64,000 nt of DNA, taken from contig CBDFLQ010000006.1 of assembly GCA_965249275.1 (NCBI GenBank), positions 256,001-320,000 on the forward strand, in the 5' to 3' direction. The DNA comes from Dehalococcoidia bacterium (GTDB lineage Bacteria; Chloroflexota; Dehalococcoidia; Plut-88900). A program made the translations under genes and the position numbers. Below are positions 55,486-64,000 of this stretch, piece by piece; the stretch's first letter is position 1, and each line of letters begins with the position of its first letter. The notes beneath the pieces are model-generated. The model searched no databases and had not been told where the DNA came from. It was given only the letters and a program-made list of their open reading frames with translations.

Positions 55486-56856
55486 CTAATTTTGCCATAT
55501 TGCGCCGGCCACTGAGACCAAAGACCCGCCCATAGGGTCCGCCGGACACTGATCATAAGCTGTAACTTCCCCCGACACCCCCTCTCCCATCACCCGAAGT
55601 GCCAGGTATATAGGCGTCAATCCGCAAATGCGCCTCTGGTCCTGCTCTCTCCGTATCCCTTCCAGGAAACCCTCGGCATCTCCATTACAGGCAGCCTCAA
55701 GAGACAGGTAGTCGGCTCTCAAGAGAGCCGCTCGCTCGTTCCGGCCCCACGGCGCGTGGTCCCCGAAAACCGGGCCTACGTGCGCCAGGTCCCCCGCAGC
55801 TATTACCAAGGTCTTTCGACTCTCCATCACCCCCCGCAACTCCGACACCACAAAATCGAACGCCGCTTCCCCCTCCGCCACCCCACCCCCATTAACATAC
55901 CTACCCATATGACCGCACAGAACGGGCAAAACGTGAGGCAAACGCCCCTTGGGATTTGCCTTCCTAACCAGGTAGTGTAACCAGACCAGTGCCAACTCTA
56001 TCGAGTGCTCCTTGATGTGGTGCTCCTCTTCCTCAAACGCCGACTCCCCACCCAGCCCCGCCGCCAGAGACTTCGCCAACTCTTTGTCCGTGGGAAGCGG
56101 ACCCCACGGTGTCGCGTAGCTCTGTAGAGTCGGAGTTATCTTGCAGTCCCCCCCTGCATGGTCCGTCCCGAGAATTATTGCCAATTCACACTCTGCCGCC
56201 GCATCGGAAACATGCCGCCATGTCTTCGCATAGCTCCGGTGCCCTCGATGATAATCAATATGCGGACTCAGCACCCCCATCACGCGCCCCTCCGCCCCCG
56301 GTGAGGGGACGTCCTCATTCCGTTCGCCCTGATCTGCCGTAAGTCCGCCTGTGGAGGATCGAAGGGTTGATCGAACGGGATGAGGGCGTTGGGTTGGAGT
56401 TCTCTCAGTATGAAGAGGCTCCTCCCCCACCTCCTCCATATACCTATCAAACGTCTTCTCCAAAACAACCGGGTCCGCCGGATAGCTGGGCCCGGCCAAA
56501 GCGGGAGTCCTGTATGGCAAACCGCGGTACGACTCCAGCATCCGCGCCCGAGCCTCCTCGAATCGGGTCCCTTCCAACAGGAGCGCCTCGTCCAGGCGGC
56601 CAAAGAACGCGTCCACCTGTTCCTGCGTAATCGAAATCCCGTGAAGCAGCATAGCCGCCGTCCTGATGCTCGGCAGGTCCCTCTGCCCGTCGCTGAGAGC
56701 CAAGAGAGGAATCAACTGCACCGGTGCAAGAAGCTCCTCTCCCGAAAGCGACATCGGGTCCCGCAAATGCAGATACTCCCGACCCCCCTGCTGCACCCTC
56801 TTTATGTCCAAGGCTCTAAGCTTGGGCCGCAAATTCAAATCCCTCATCGCGCCCAA
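55486..56856 (-). CDS. amrB: AmmeMemoRadiSam system protein B (MEMO1 family) with N-terminal extension
   Basis: LAG.SYP, PHIDY.RG, LGTDH, EHSIE, GDLAHVG..FGD, RICG. Confidence 0.88.
   Translation of the reverse strand: MGAMRDLNLRPKLRALDIKRVQQGGREYLHLRDPMSLSGEELLAPVQLIPLLALSDGQRDLPSIRTAAMLLHGISITQEQVDAFFGRLDEALLLEGTRFEEARARMLESYRGLPYRTPALAGPSYPADPVVLEKTFDRYMEEVGEEPLHTERTPTQRPHPVRSTLRSSTGGLTADQGERNEDVPSPGAEGRVMGVLSPHIDYHRGHRSYAKTWRHVSDAAAECELAIILGTDHAGGDCKITPTLQSYATPWGPLPTDKELAKSLAAGLGGESAFEEEEHHIKEHSIELALVWLHYLVRKANPKGRLPHVLPVLCGHMGRYVNGGGVAEGEAAFDFVVSELRGVMESRKTLVIAAGDLAHVGPVFGDHAPWGRNERAALLRADYLSLEAACNGDAEGFLEGIRREQDQRRICGLTPIYLALRVMGEGVSGEVTAYDQCPADPMGGSLVSVAGAIWQN
56308..56390 (+). repeat. 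REP family B hairpin with nested mini-repeat, inside the amrB CDS
   Basis: Arms GACGTCCTCATTCCGTTCG / CGAACGGGATGAGGGCGTT. Confidence 0.85.
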
Positions 56857-56921
56857 GATATCACAACCTACCCGAATCTCACCTATCGTTGAAGATCGTT
56901 GGTCACGCTCTAGGTGCAGAA

Positions 56922-57311
56922 TTAGCTATCCGCCTTAACAGGTTCATCCCCCTCCCACTCCCCCTCACAAATCGTCTCCAGCCACAACACTATCCCAGAC
57001 AACTTCTCATACGCCACAAGCCTCGCACTATCCTCCCTCGACTCCTCCGCCTCCGACACCACCGCCGCCATCTGCCGCACCACCCGAGGCCCCACCTCCA
57101 TCGCACCCTCGCTCCCCGATGTCGCCCATTTAACCAACACGTACCGGGCTATCACACCGACAGGCAAGCCCAGGCTTCGGCTCATCCCTTCCAGTGTAGG
57201 CATCGGGTCTATCCTGCTGTACAACGCCACATCCCGCTTGAAATTGGCGTCGGGATCTGCCTCGTCTATCGATTCTTCGAAAATCTCAAGCCTGACCGTC
57301 GGGCGTTCCAT
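56922..57311 (-). CDS. Hypothetical protein (DUF6027-like)
   Basis: DPDANFK.DV..Y...DP.PTLE.MS...G.PVG..ARYVLVKWA.SGSE; family assignment from memory. Confidence 0.7.
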   Translation of the reverse strand: MERPTVRLEIFEESIDEADPDANFKRDVALYSRIDPMPTLEGMSRSLGLPVGVIARYVLVKWATSGSEGAMEVGPRVVRQMAAVVSEAEESREDSARLVAYEKLSGIVLWLETICEGEWEGDEPVKADS

Positions 57312-57387
57312 GTTGCATTGCCTTTCTGTCTTGTCTCGCACCCAATGATATAATGCGCCAACTTTGCCCGTCCCCACCCCACCCCTC

Positions 57388-58386
57388 ATGACACCCGGCG
57401 ACTACAACTCTACGCAATTCATACTTGGCATCGACATAGGTGGCACATCCCTGCGCGCCGCTCTCGCCGACTCCCCATCTTCCATCCTCGCCAAGGCCCG
57501 TCGCCCCGCCCCCGCCGACCAACCCCCCGAGGCCATGGTCGAAGCTATCAGTTCTATGTACCGTAGCCTCCTTGAACAGGTCGGTTCCAGTGGTGCCGTC
57601 GCCGTCGGAGTCTCCTCTCCTGGCCCCGTCGACACCGTTGCCGGAGCCCTTGTCGATCCCCCCAACCTCCCCCAATTCACCACCGTACCCCTCCGGGATA
57701 TGCTCCAACGAGCGTTGGATCTCCCCATTTCACTCGAAAACGACGCCAATGCCGCCGCCATCGCCGAGCATCGAGTCGGCGTGGGCAAAGGGACTCGACA
57801 CATGGCCTACGTGACCCTCAGCACCGGCATCGGAGCAGGTATCATTTCCGATGACCGATTGGTCCGAGGCGCAAGGGGCGCCGCAGGAGAGGTTGGTCAC
57901 ATCAAGCTGATGGTCGATGGCCCCCAATGCGGTTGCGGACAAAACGGCTGCTGGGAAGCCCTCGCCTCCGGCTCCGCAATCCGCAGGGAGGTTCTCCGTC
58001 AAATCAAGGAAGGCCGGGAATCCACCTTGAGCCGCTACGACACCTCCGCCATCGACGCCCAAGCCGTATTCCAGGCAGCTCAATCCGGCGACTCCCTTGC
58101 CACCGAGGTCATCGATAGAGCTGCCTATTTCACCGGCATAGGGCTCTCCGCCGTAGTAGATGTCCTCAACCCAGAAATGGTCATCGTCGGTGGGGGTCTG
58201 ACAAACATGGGCGACCGGATACTCGGTCCCGCATTCAAGACCTGCCGGGATCACATCTTCCCCCTCCACGAAAGATCCCTCCGATTAGAGGTCAGCACCC
58301 TCGGTGACGATGTATCATTGATCGGGGCCCTCGTCCTCGCCGATGAATTGGCCCGTTCAAACGAAGTCCCGACAGGGAACACGTAG
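57388..58386 (+). CDS. ROK family sugar kinase (glucokinase-like)
   Basis: GIDIGGT, ENDANAAA, STGIGAG, GEVGH, CGCGQNGCWE. Confidence 0.93.
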   Translation: MTPGDYNSTQFILGIDIGGTSLRAALADSPSSILAKARRPAPADQPPEAMVEAISSMYRSLLEQVGSSGAVAVGVSSPGPVDTVAGALVDPPNLPQFTTVPLRDMLQRALDLPISLENDANAAAIAEHRVGVGKGTRHMAYVTLSTGIGAGIISDDRLVRGARGAAGEVGHIKLMVDGPQCGCGQNGCWEALASGSAIRREVLRQIKEGRESTLSRYDTSAIDAQAVFQAAQSGDSLATEVIDRAAYFTGIGLSAVVDVLNPEMVIVGGGLTNMGDRILGPAFKTCRDHIFPLHERSLRLEVSTLGDDVSLIGALVLADELARSNEVPTGNT

Positions 58387-58402
58387 GTAGGAGTGCCGAC
58401 AT

Positions 58403-59704
58403 ATGAACTTCGAAAAGTCCATTGAACTCCACAAAAGGTCCAGCCGATCACTGGCTGGCGGGGTCAGCAGCCATCACCGCCGCGGCGAGCTCCCCGTGCC
58501 TCTCTTCTTCGAAAGGGCCAAGGGGTCCCGACTCTTCGACGTGGACGGAAATGAGTTCATCGACTACATCATGGGCAACGGTGCAGCCATCTTCGGCCAC
58601 TCCCCCGACTTCCTCCTTGACTCCGTCCGCCGGATGCTCGATCGCGGCCAAATCATCGCCGGTCAGCACGACCTGGAGATAACAGTCGCCGAGCTAATCA
58701 ACGACTCTGTCCCTTCCTCCGAGATGGTCAGGTTCGGCAGCTCAGGCACCGAGGCCGTCCTCGCCGCCGTCAGGATCGCTCGTGCCTACACCAACCGCTC
58801 CCTTATCATCAAGTTCGAGGGCCATTACCACGGCTGGGCAGACCCCGTCCTCTATAGCGTCGCCCCTAACACCCAGGACGCCGGCCCCCATGACTCCCCC
58901 CTCCCCGTCCCCGAGTCCGAGGGCCAATCTCCCGGGTCCGCAGAAGAAGTCATTGTCCTCCCCTGGAACGACCTCGACGTTCTCTCCAATGCTGTCCGCA
59001 AACACTCCGGAGAGATCGCAGCCATCATCATGGAACCTGTACCCGTCAACACCAACAGTGCATTCCCCAGGCCCGGTTACCTGGAGGGCGTCCGCAAGCT
59101 CTGCGACGAAAATGGCATAGTCCTCATCTTCGACGAGGTCATCACCGGCTTCCGACTCGCCGTCGGTGGTGCTCAGGAGCTTCTTGGCGTAACTCCCGAC
59201 CTGACTACCTTGGCCAAGGCCGCAGCCGGTGGCTTCCCCTTCTCCGTTATTACCGGTAAGCGAGAGGTCATGCAGCCCGTATCTGAAGGCCGAGTCATGC
59301 ACGCAGGCACCGCCAGCGGCAACCTCGTATCTCTCGCCGCCTCCGAGACCACAATCAACAAGCTTAAAGAAAACGACGGTGAGGCCATCCGACGCATGCA
59401 CCACGTCGGCGAGCTTCTAATGGACGGCCTCCGTCAGCTAGCCCATAAGCACGAGGAGGACGTACTGGTCACGGGGCCGGCCTCAATATTCAACATGGCC
59501 TTCACCCCAGAGGCCTCCCTCCCCGACTACCGCGCCTTCTACGAAAAGGTGGACCACGAACGTTACGTCACCTTCCGCCAGAAGCTCCTGGAGGGCGGCA
59601 TAAGGGCCAACATGCACGGCAAATGGTTCCTTTCTTGCGCCCACACCGAGCAGGACGTGGAACAAACCCTCGCCGCCGCCGACCAAGCCTTCCGCGCCCT
59701 CTAA
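58403..59704 (+). CDS. Class III aminotransferase (glutamate-1-semialdehyde aminomutase-like)
   Basis: SSGTEA, KFEGHYHG, LIFDEVITGFR, PDLTTLAKA. Confidence 0.9.
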   Translation: MNFEKSIELHKRSSRSLAGGVSSHHRRGELPVPLFFERAKGSRLFDVDGNEFIDYIMGNGAAIFGHSPDFLLDSVRRMLDRGQIIAGQHDLEITVAELINDSVPSSEMVRFGSSGTEAVLAAVRIARAYTNRSLIIKFEGHYHGWADPVLYSVAPNTQDAGPHDSPLPVPESEGQSPGSAEEVIVLPWNDLDVLSNAVRKHSGEIAAIIMEPVPVNTNSAFPRPGYLEGVRKLCDENGIVLIFDEVITGFRLAVGGAQELLGVTPDLTTLAKAAAGGFPFSVITGKREVMQPVSEGRVMHAGTASGNLVSLAASETTINKLKENDGEAIRRMHHVGELLMDGLRQLAHKHEEDVLVTGPASIFNMAFTPEASLPDYRAFYEKVDHERYVTFRQKLLEGGIRANMHGKWFLSCAHTEQDVEQTLAAADQAFRAL

Positions 59705-59776
59705 CCCAGACCCCCAAATCCTTGACCCCCGTCACTCCCAGGCCCTCGGCCGTGTTCTACCGAGGCCCTTAACGCC

Positions 59777-59932
59777 GTCATTCCGGCCCTCGAGCCGGAA
59801 TCCATCCCCGCCCCTTCCCGTATGGGCAGGTCTCGTGCCTGCTCCATCTTTACCTCCCACCCTCCAAGCAGATTTAACCTCGCCATTCCGAGCCCTTACC
59901 CCCTGTCATTCCGAGGCTCCGCGAGGAATCTA
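59777..59932 (+). repeat. REP cluster (GTCATTCCGGC..GCCGGAATCC; family A with partial head)
   Basis: Direct match to the other copies. Confidence 0.82.
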
Positions 59933-60052
59933 AGGCATATTTCTCTCCCAACTAGACAATTGATTACCCCATCCACACCAAGCAGGCGTCTTGATCGTAT
60001 CCCCGTTTCCTCGACGAGAGAGGGCTAGGGTGAGGGTGATCCCATTCATGCA

Positions 60053-60091
60053 AACCGCCCACCTGTCTGCCAAGCAGACAGGTGGGCGGTT
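60053..60091. terminator. Perfect 18-bp hairpin, probable terminator
   Basis: AACCGCCCACCTGTCTGC-CAA-GCAGACAGGTGGGCGGTT between convergent genes. Confidence 0.7.
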
Positions 60092-60133
60092 GAACATCTT
60101 CCTTGGTGCTAGAACTTTTCGAAGCGAGTCCCT

Positions 60134-61711
60134 CTACAACCGAGTCCCGTACCTCGCCTTCTTCCCCAAGTTGCTCCTTATAGCCCCCTGGGCCGCCGCT
60201 ATAAAACGATATACGTAGTACCGCGTCTCCACAGGATCGATCATCTCCTCCAGGCCGAATGCCTCCGCTGTCTTCCACGGCGATGAGTCTGCCAGCAGCC
60301 TGGCCTCAATCTGGCTCCGTCTGGCATTTGGGTCATCCGCCGCCTCTATCTCCCGTCGGAAAGCCGCGAATACGCCGCCTTCCACCGGCATGTCGCCAAA
60401 CTCTCCCGTCGCCCAGCCAATCCGCAGGTGCAGCCGGTCCGGGTTGGCCGTCGAGTTGCACGCCATCCCGAACGCCTTTCGCATGTGTACCGTAACCATC
60501 GGCACCGTAGACTCCATCATCGCCTGCAAGGCCCGCATCCCTTTCCTTAGCGTCCCCTCTCTCTCCGCCACCTCACCGATCATGAATCCAGGGACGTCCA
60601 CCAGGTAGACAATGGGCAGGTTGAACGTGTCGCATAGCTCAATGAATCGGGCCTGCTTCTGCGATGCCTGCGCGTCCAGCGCCCCGCCGATGTACATCGG
60701 GTTGCTCGCCAGAACTCCCACCGAGTATCCCCCGATCCTGGCCATGCCCACCACCAGGGAGCGGCCCCAATCGGGTCCGATCTCGAAGAAAGAGTCCCGG
60801 TCGAAGATCACATCTATTACCCCGTGGGAATCGTAGGCCTGCCTCCGGTCCTCGGGCACCAGGCTCAGGAGTATTTCGTCCTGCCTGTCTGGCGGGTCCC
60901 CTGTCTCTACGAAGGGCGGCATCTCCCAAACGTTCTGCGGCATATAGCTCAGGAACCGTCTCATTTGGTATATAGCGTCCGCCTCATCCTCGGCAACGTT
61001 GTCGATTGTGCCGGAGAGTTGTGTGTGAACGTGAGCGCCCCCCAGATCGAACTTGTTGACTCTGCGCCCCAGGGCTCTTTCCACCACCGGCGGCCCACCT
61101 GCAAAAACGCACCCCGTATCCCGAGTCATTATCGAAAAGTGTGAAATCACCAGCCGTCCCGCCGAGCCCCCCGCACATGCCCCCATCCCCGCAGCGATTA
61201 CCGGCACCTCACCCAACAGCTGGTAGCTGCGCCCAAAGCTGGATGAGCTCACTATTGGGGCGTGGCCCGTGGTCTGTTGCATGCTGACACCGCCCCCCAC
61301 CCCTTCCACGAAAATCATCAACGGGATCCTGTATTCGTGGGCCAGGTCCTCCAGGAAGCCGCCCATTCCACCCTTCTTCCGGTCCAGCCCGATGGTGTGG
61401 CCCGCGCTCACCGTGAAGTCCTCTCCCCCGAGCGCCACTGGCCGGCCATCGACTTCCGCCAGACCCATGATGTAGCTCGCCGGCGTCGGCTCCAGCTCCT
61501 TGCCCTCGGAATCGAACCGGTGGTCGATAGCCATCGTCCCGACCTCTAGGAAGCTTCCCGGATCGGCCAGCGTGCCTATCCTGTCCCTCACCAGCCCCCC
61601 TCCCCGTGACCGCTGTTTCTCCACGGCACGATCGCCGCCGTGGGTCATCGCCCGGTTCCTTCGGTATAAGAGCTCTTCTCTGGCCTTTTCCCATGTGAAC
61701 GACTGGGTCAT
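60134..61711 (-). CDS. Acyl-CoA carboxylase carboxyltransferase subunit
   Basis: DFTV, FAGGPPVV, LGGA.VH, LVDVPGFMIG. Confidence 0.92.
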   Translation of the reverse strand: MTQSFTWEKAREELLYRRNRAMTHGGDRAVEKQRSRGGGLVRDRIGTLADPGSFLEVGTMAIDHRFDSEGKELEPTPASYIMGLAEVDGRPVALGGEDFTVSAGHTIGLDRKKGGMGGFLEDLAHEYRIPLMIFVEGVGGGVSMQQTTGHAPIVSSSSFGRSYQLLGEVPVIAAGMGACAGGSAGRLVISHFSIMTRDTGCVFAGGPPVVERALGRRVNKFDLGGAHVHTQLSGTIDNVAEDEADAIYQMRRFLSYMPQNVWEMPPFVETGDPPDRQDEILLSLVPEDRRQAYDSHGVIDVIFDRDSFFEIGPDWGRSLVVGMARIGGYSVGVLASNPMYIGGALDAQASQKQARFIELCDTFNLPIVYLVDVPGFMIGEVAEREGTLRKGMRALQAMMESTVPMVTVHMRKAFGMACNSTANPDRLHLRIGWATGEFGDMPVEGGVFAAFRREIEAADDPNARRSQIEARLLADSSPWKTAEAFGLEEMIDPVETRYYVYRFIAAAQGAIRSNLGKKARYGTRL

Positions 61712-61834
61712 TGCCTCTCCTCCTGCGAGTTTTATTTTCTGTCACCTCTCCCTTGATGGGTCGCAGATGCGCCCCTGGCGTGAGAGGGCTAGGGTGAGGA
61801 TGCGCTTACATCTCCACCTGGCCGTGTGTTGGGT

Positions 61835-62992
61835 CTACTTCACCACCAAGTCTAACGGCATCCGGGACAATCTTTCGCATCCTGTCTCCGTCACCAGCAC
61901 CGTCTCTCCCGGGGACATCGTAATGCCCCTGGTGCTGTCCAGCAAGATCATGTGCATGAATATAACCATATTCGGCTGAATAACCACCGGGTTACCGGTG
62001 AACAACATCGGGTAGTCCATCCATGTCGGCGGGTACAGGGCCCCGAGACTGTAGCCGCAGGCATTCAGCCTGTGCTCCTTGAACCCCGATTCATCAAAAA
62101 CCTTGGCGTGCGCATCGAATACGTCCCCGAAGGTTGCGCCCGGCTTGCAAGCGCCCTGTGCCGCTTGGAGTGCATTCACCCCGGCCTCGTGCATCTTGTA
62201 ATATTGCGGGTCCGGGGTCCCGGTCAACGCCGTCCTCATCAGGCACGAGTGATAGTGCCGGTAAGCCGCCCCAAACTCCAGTTGCACCTGGTCGTTCTCC
62301 CCAATGTCCCCGTGGCCCGTGATGTGTCTTACCATCAAGGCCCTCTCCCCAGACCCGATGATCCACCGCCCCGCCGGATAGTCACCACCCCCGCGGAATA
62401 TCGCCGAGTGCATCCCTGCAAAGAGTTCCAGCTCCGGCACCCCCGGTGCGAACAGGTCGTATGCCACTTCCAGGGCATCATCCGCCAGGGAGGCCGCCTT
62501 CTTCACATACTCGACTTCCTGGGGACTCTTGACTAGCCGAAGCTCGCTCACCAGGTGCGACGAGTCCTCCCAGCTGCAGAAACCATCCAATGCGCTCTTC
62601 ATCATCTCCCACCGACGCCCCGTCAACGTCCAAGCCTCCAGCTCAACCCCCAGTTTCTTGCCCCGGCACCCCTTCTCTACAAGCACCTTCTTCACGTCCA
62701 GCCCTGGGTTCGCGTCCCCGCTGTCCATCCAGATCCGCACGTCTTCGATTATCGACGTGAACCCCGACTGCCGCAGGTCCGCCGACCTCGTCACCAGGGT
62801 CATGTCCCCGTCCGCTCCCATGTAGAGACACTGGAACTGGGTGTAGCCCATGGTGTCGTAGCCCGTAAGGTAATACATCGTCTCCTGGCGGAAGATCAGC
62901 AGCCCGTCCAACCCCTTCTCCGCCATCGACTCACACGCCCTCCGCCTCCGGTCCGCGAGTTCTTCCTCGCTAAAGTGCAGGTGCTTGGCCAT
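61835..62992 (-). CDS. M24 Xaa-Pro peptidase/creatinase family (ectoine hydrolase-like)
   Basis: YYLTGYDT.GY, RLVKS, YRHYH..LMRT, CGYSLG..YPP.WMD. Confidence 0.87.
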   Translation of the reverse strand: MAKHLHFSEEELADRRRRACESMAEKGLDGLLIFRQETMYYLTGYDTMGYTQFQCLYMGADGDMTLVTRSADLRQSGFTSIIEDVRIWMDSGDANPGLDVKKVLVEKGCRGKKLGVELEAWTLTGRRWEMMKSALDGFCSWEDSSHLVSELRLVKSPQEVEYVKKAASLADDALEVAYDLFAPGVPELELFAGMHSAIFRGGGDYPAGRWIIGSGERALMVRHITGHGDIGENDQVQLEFGAAYRHYHSCLMRTALTGTPDPQYYKMHEAGVNALQAAQGACKPGATFGDVFDAHAKVFDESGFKEHRLNACGYSLGALYPPTWMDYPMLFTGNPVVIQPNMVIFMHMILLDSTRGITMSPGETVLVTETGCERLSRMPLDLVVK

Positions 62993-63057
62993 CAAGTCTT
63001 ATCCTTTCTTCATTCCTATCCGACTCTTTATTTTCAATCGATCCCCTTCCCCCTCGG

Positions 63058-64000
63058 TCACGCTGGAATCACCGGCAGCGTCACCCGAGACGCGTAACTG
63101 CCATTGTGAAGAACAGTCTGCGATGCAGGCTTGGCTTCCGTACCCTTACCCAGCGCACCCCCCGTATTCGGGTTTCTGTCGAACCTCGGGAAGTTGCTAC
63201 TCGAAATCTCAAGCCGGATCCTGTGTCCCGCCTTGAACAGGTTGCTCGTCGCCCACAAGTCGATCTTGTACTCATACACCTCGCCGGGTGTTATCAACTT
63301 CGCCTCGCTCGTCGACTCCCGGTACCGTGCCCTCACTATCCCGTCCGCAAGGTTAACCGCTCCCCCACACGGGCACGCATCCACCAGCTTCGCCGTGAAG
63401 TCCGTATCCACCGCCGACGACGCTGCGTAAAGCGTCACCGTCACCGGCCCCGTAACTTCGACGGGTTGCTCCAACACCGCCGTCGAGTAAACCAGCACGT
63501 CCTCCCTCGCCTCGATCGCACTCTGATCGAACGATCCCGGTGGCGAAGCAGCCTCGTTGCAGCACAGGCCCCCGCCCCGAGTTGGCACAGGATTGTTCGG
63601 GTTGTAAAGATAGGCGTCATAGGGCTCGTCACCCGGGGCCTCGATACTGAGCATCCCATCTCCCCGAGCGCTGTTCGCCCGACCCCCGCTGTGCAGGTAG
63701 TAGTCCGTGTATTGTGTCCGGGCCAGCGGCCATTCCTTCTCGCTTCGCCACTCATTGGCCCCCATCACGAATATCCGTACCGGGTCCTCCTCCCCGACCC
63801 CGTTGTCCTCTCCCTTCAACCAGTAGTCGTACCAGCGCAGCTTCGTCCCCTGGAAATCGAACGAGACTGCGCTCGCACTCGGCCCGAAATTCACTTCGCC
63901 CCCAACACTGCCCGGCGTATCGTCGTGGAACCAGGGCCCGATTATCAGCCGTTGCCCGTTCCTTGCCGCGTCCGTTGCCCCGTTCTCCCTCATCCCCACG
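63058..64000 (-). CDS. CocE/NonD family hydrolase, 5' part outside the window
   Basis: LIIGPW.H, FVMG.NEW, R.DVLVY, DTDF.AKL, GHRIRLEISSSNFPRFDRN. Confidence 0.92.
   Translation of the reverse strand, partial: VGMRENGATDAARNGQRLIIGPWFHDDTPGSVGGEVNFGPSASAVSFDFQGTKLRWYDYWLKGEDNGVGEEDPVRIFVMGANEWRSEKEWPLARTQYTDYYLHSGGRANSARGDGMLSIEAPGDEPYDAYLYNPNNPVPTRGGGLCCNEAASPPGSFDQSAIEAREDVLVYSTAVLEQPVEVTGPVTVTLYAASSAVDTDFTAKLVDACPCGGAVNLADGIVRARYRESTSEAKLITPGEVYEYKIDLWATSNLFKAGHRIRLEISSSNFPRFDRNPNTGGALGKGTEAKPASQTVLHNGSYASRVTLPVIPA

Noticed and set aside
58403-59704. hemL assignment
   Set aside because: The GGVNSPVR and YVGSWGP motifs of HemL are altered (GGVSSHHR, YIMGNGA); kept as a generic class III aminotransferase.
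8835-59932. CRISPR array made of the 29-bp family-A repeat
   Set aside because: Copies are dispersed kilobases apart with no regular spacers and no cas genes.

Overview
A GC-rich bacterial window whose + strand is visibly C-rich. The gene content (five amidohydrolases, two family-III CoA-transferases, an F420-type LLM oxidoreductase, an orphan Mo-hydroxylase large subunit, an amidase, a FAH-family protein, a DmdA/GcvT-like protein) suggests Chloroflexota, probably Dehalococcoidia/SAR202 (inference). Housekeeping genes are recF, tatA/B/C, rpsT, rel, dinB, cobB and ald. Mobile DNA includes a complete IS481, a complete IS5, six ~130-bp MITE copies, several nested REP-like families (all in the same orientation, two copies in frame inside proteins) and toxin-antitoxin remnants. 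The best candidate for an undescribed system is a pair of paralogous, free-standing, ~600-660 nt structured non-coding elements at ~18180-18775 and ~37617-38280. Each has its own sigma70-type promoter with a LexA-like box, a Shine-Dalgarno sequence with no start codon, a conserved 5' domain, covarying long-range helices around a sequence-variable multi-hairpin domain, and a conserved A/C-rich 3' tail. No rRNA, tRNA or CRISPR array was seen. All calls are by eye; no database searches were run.
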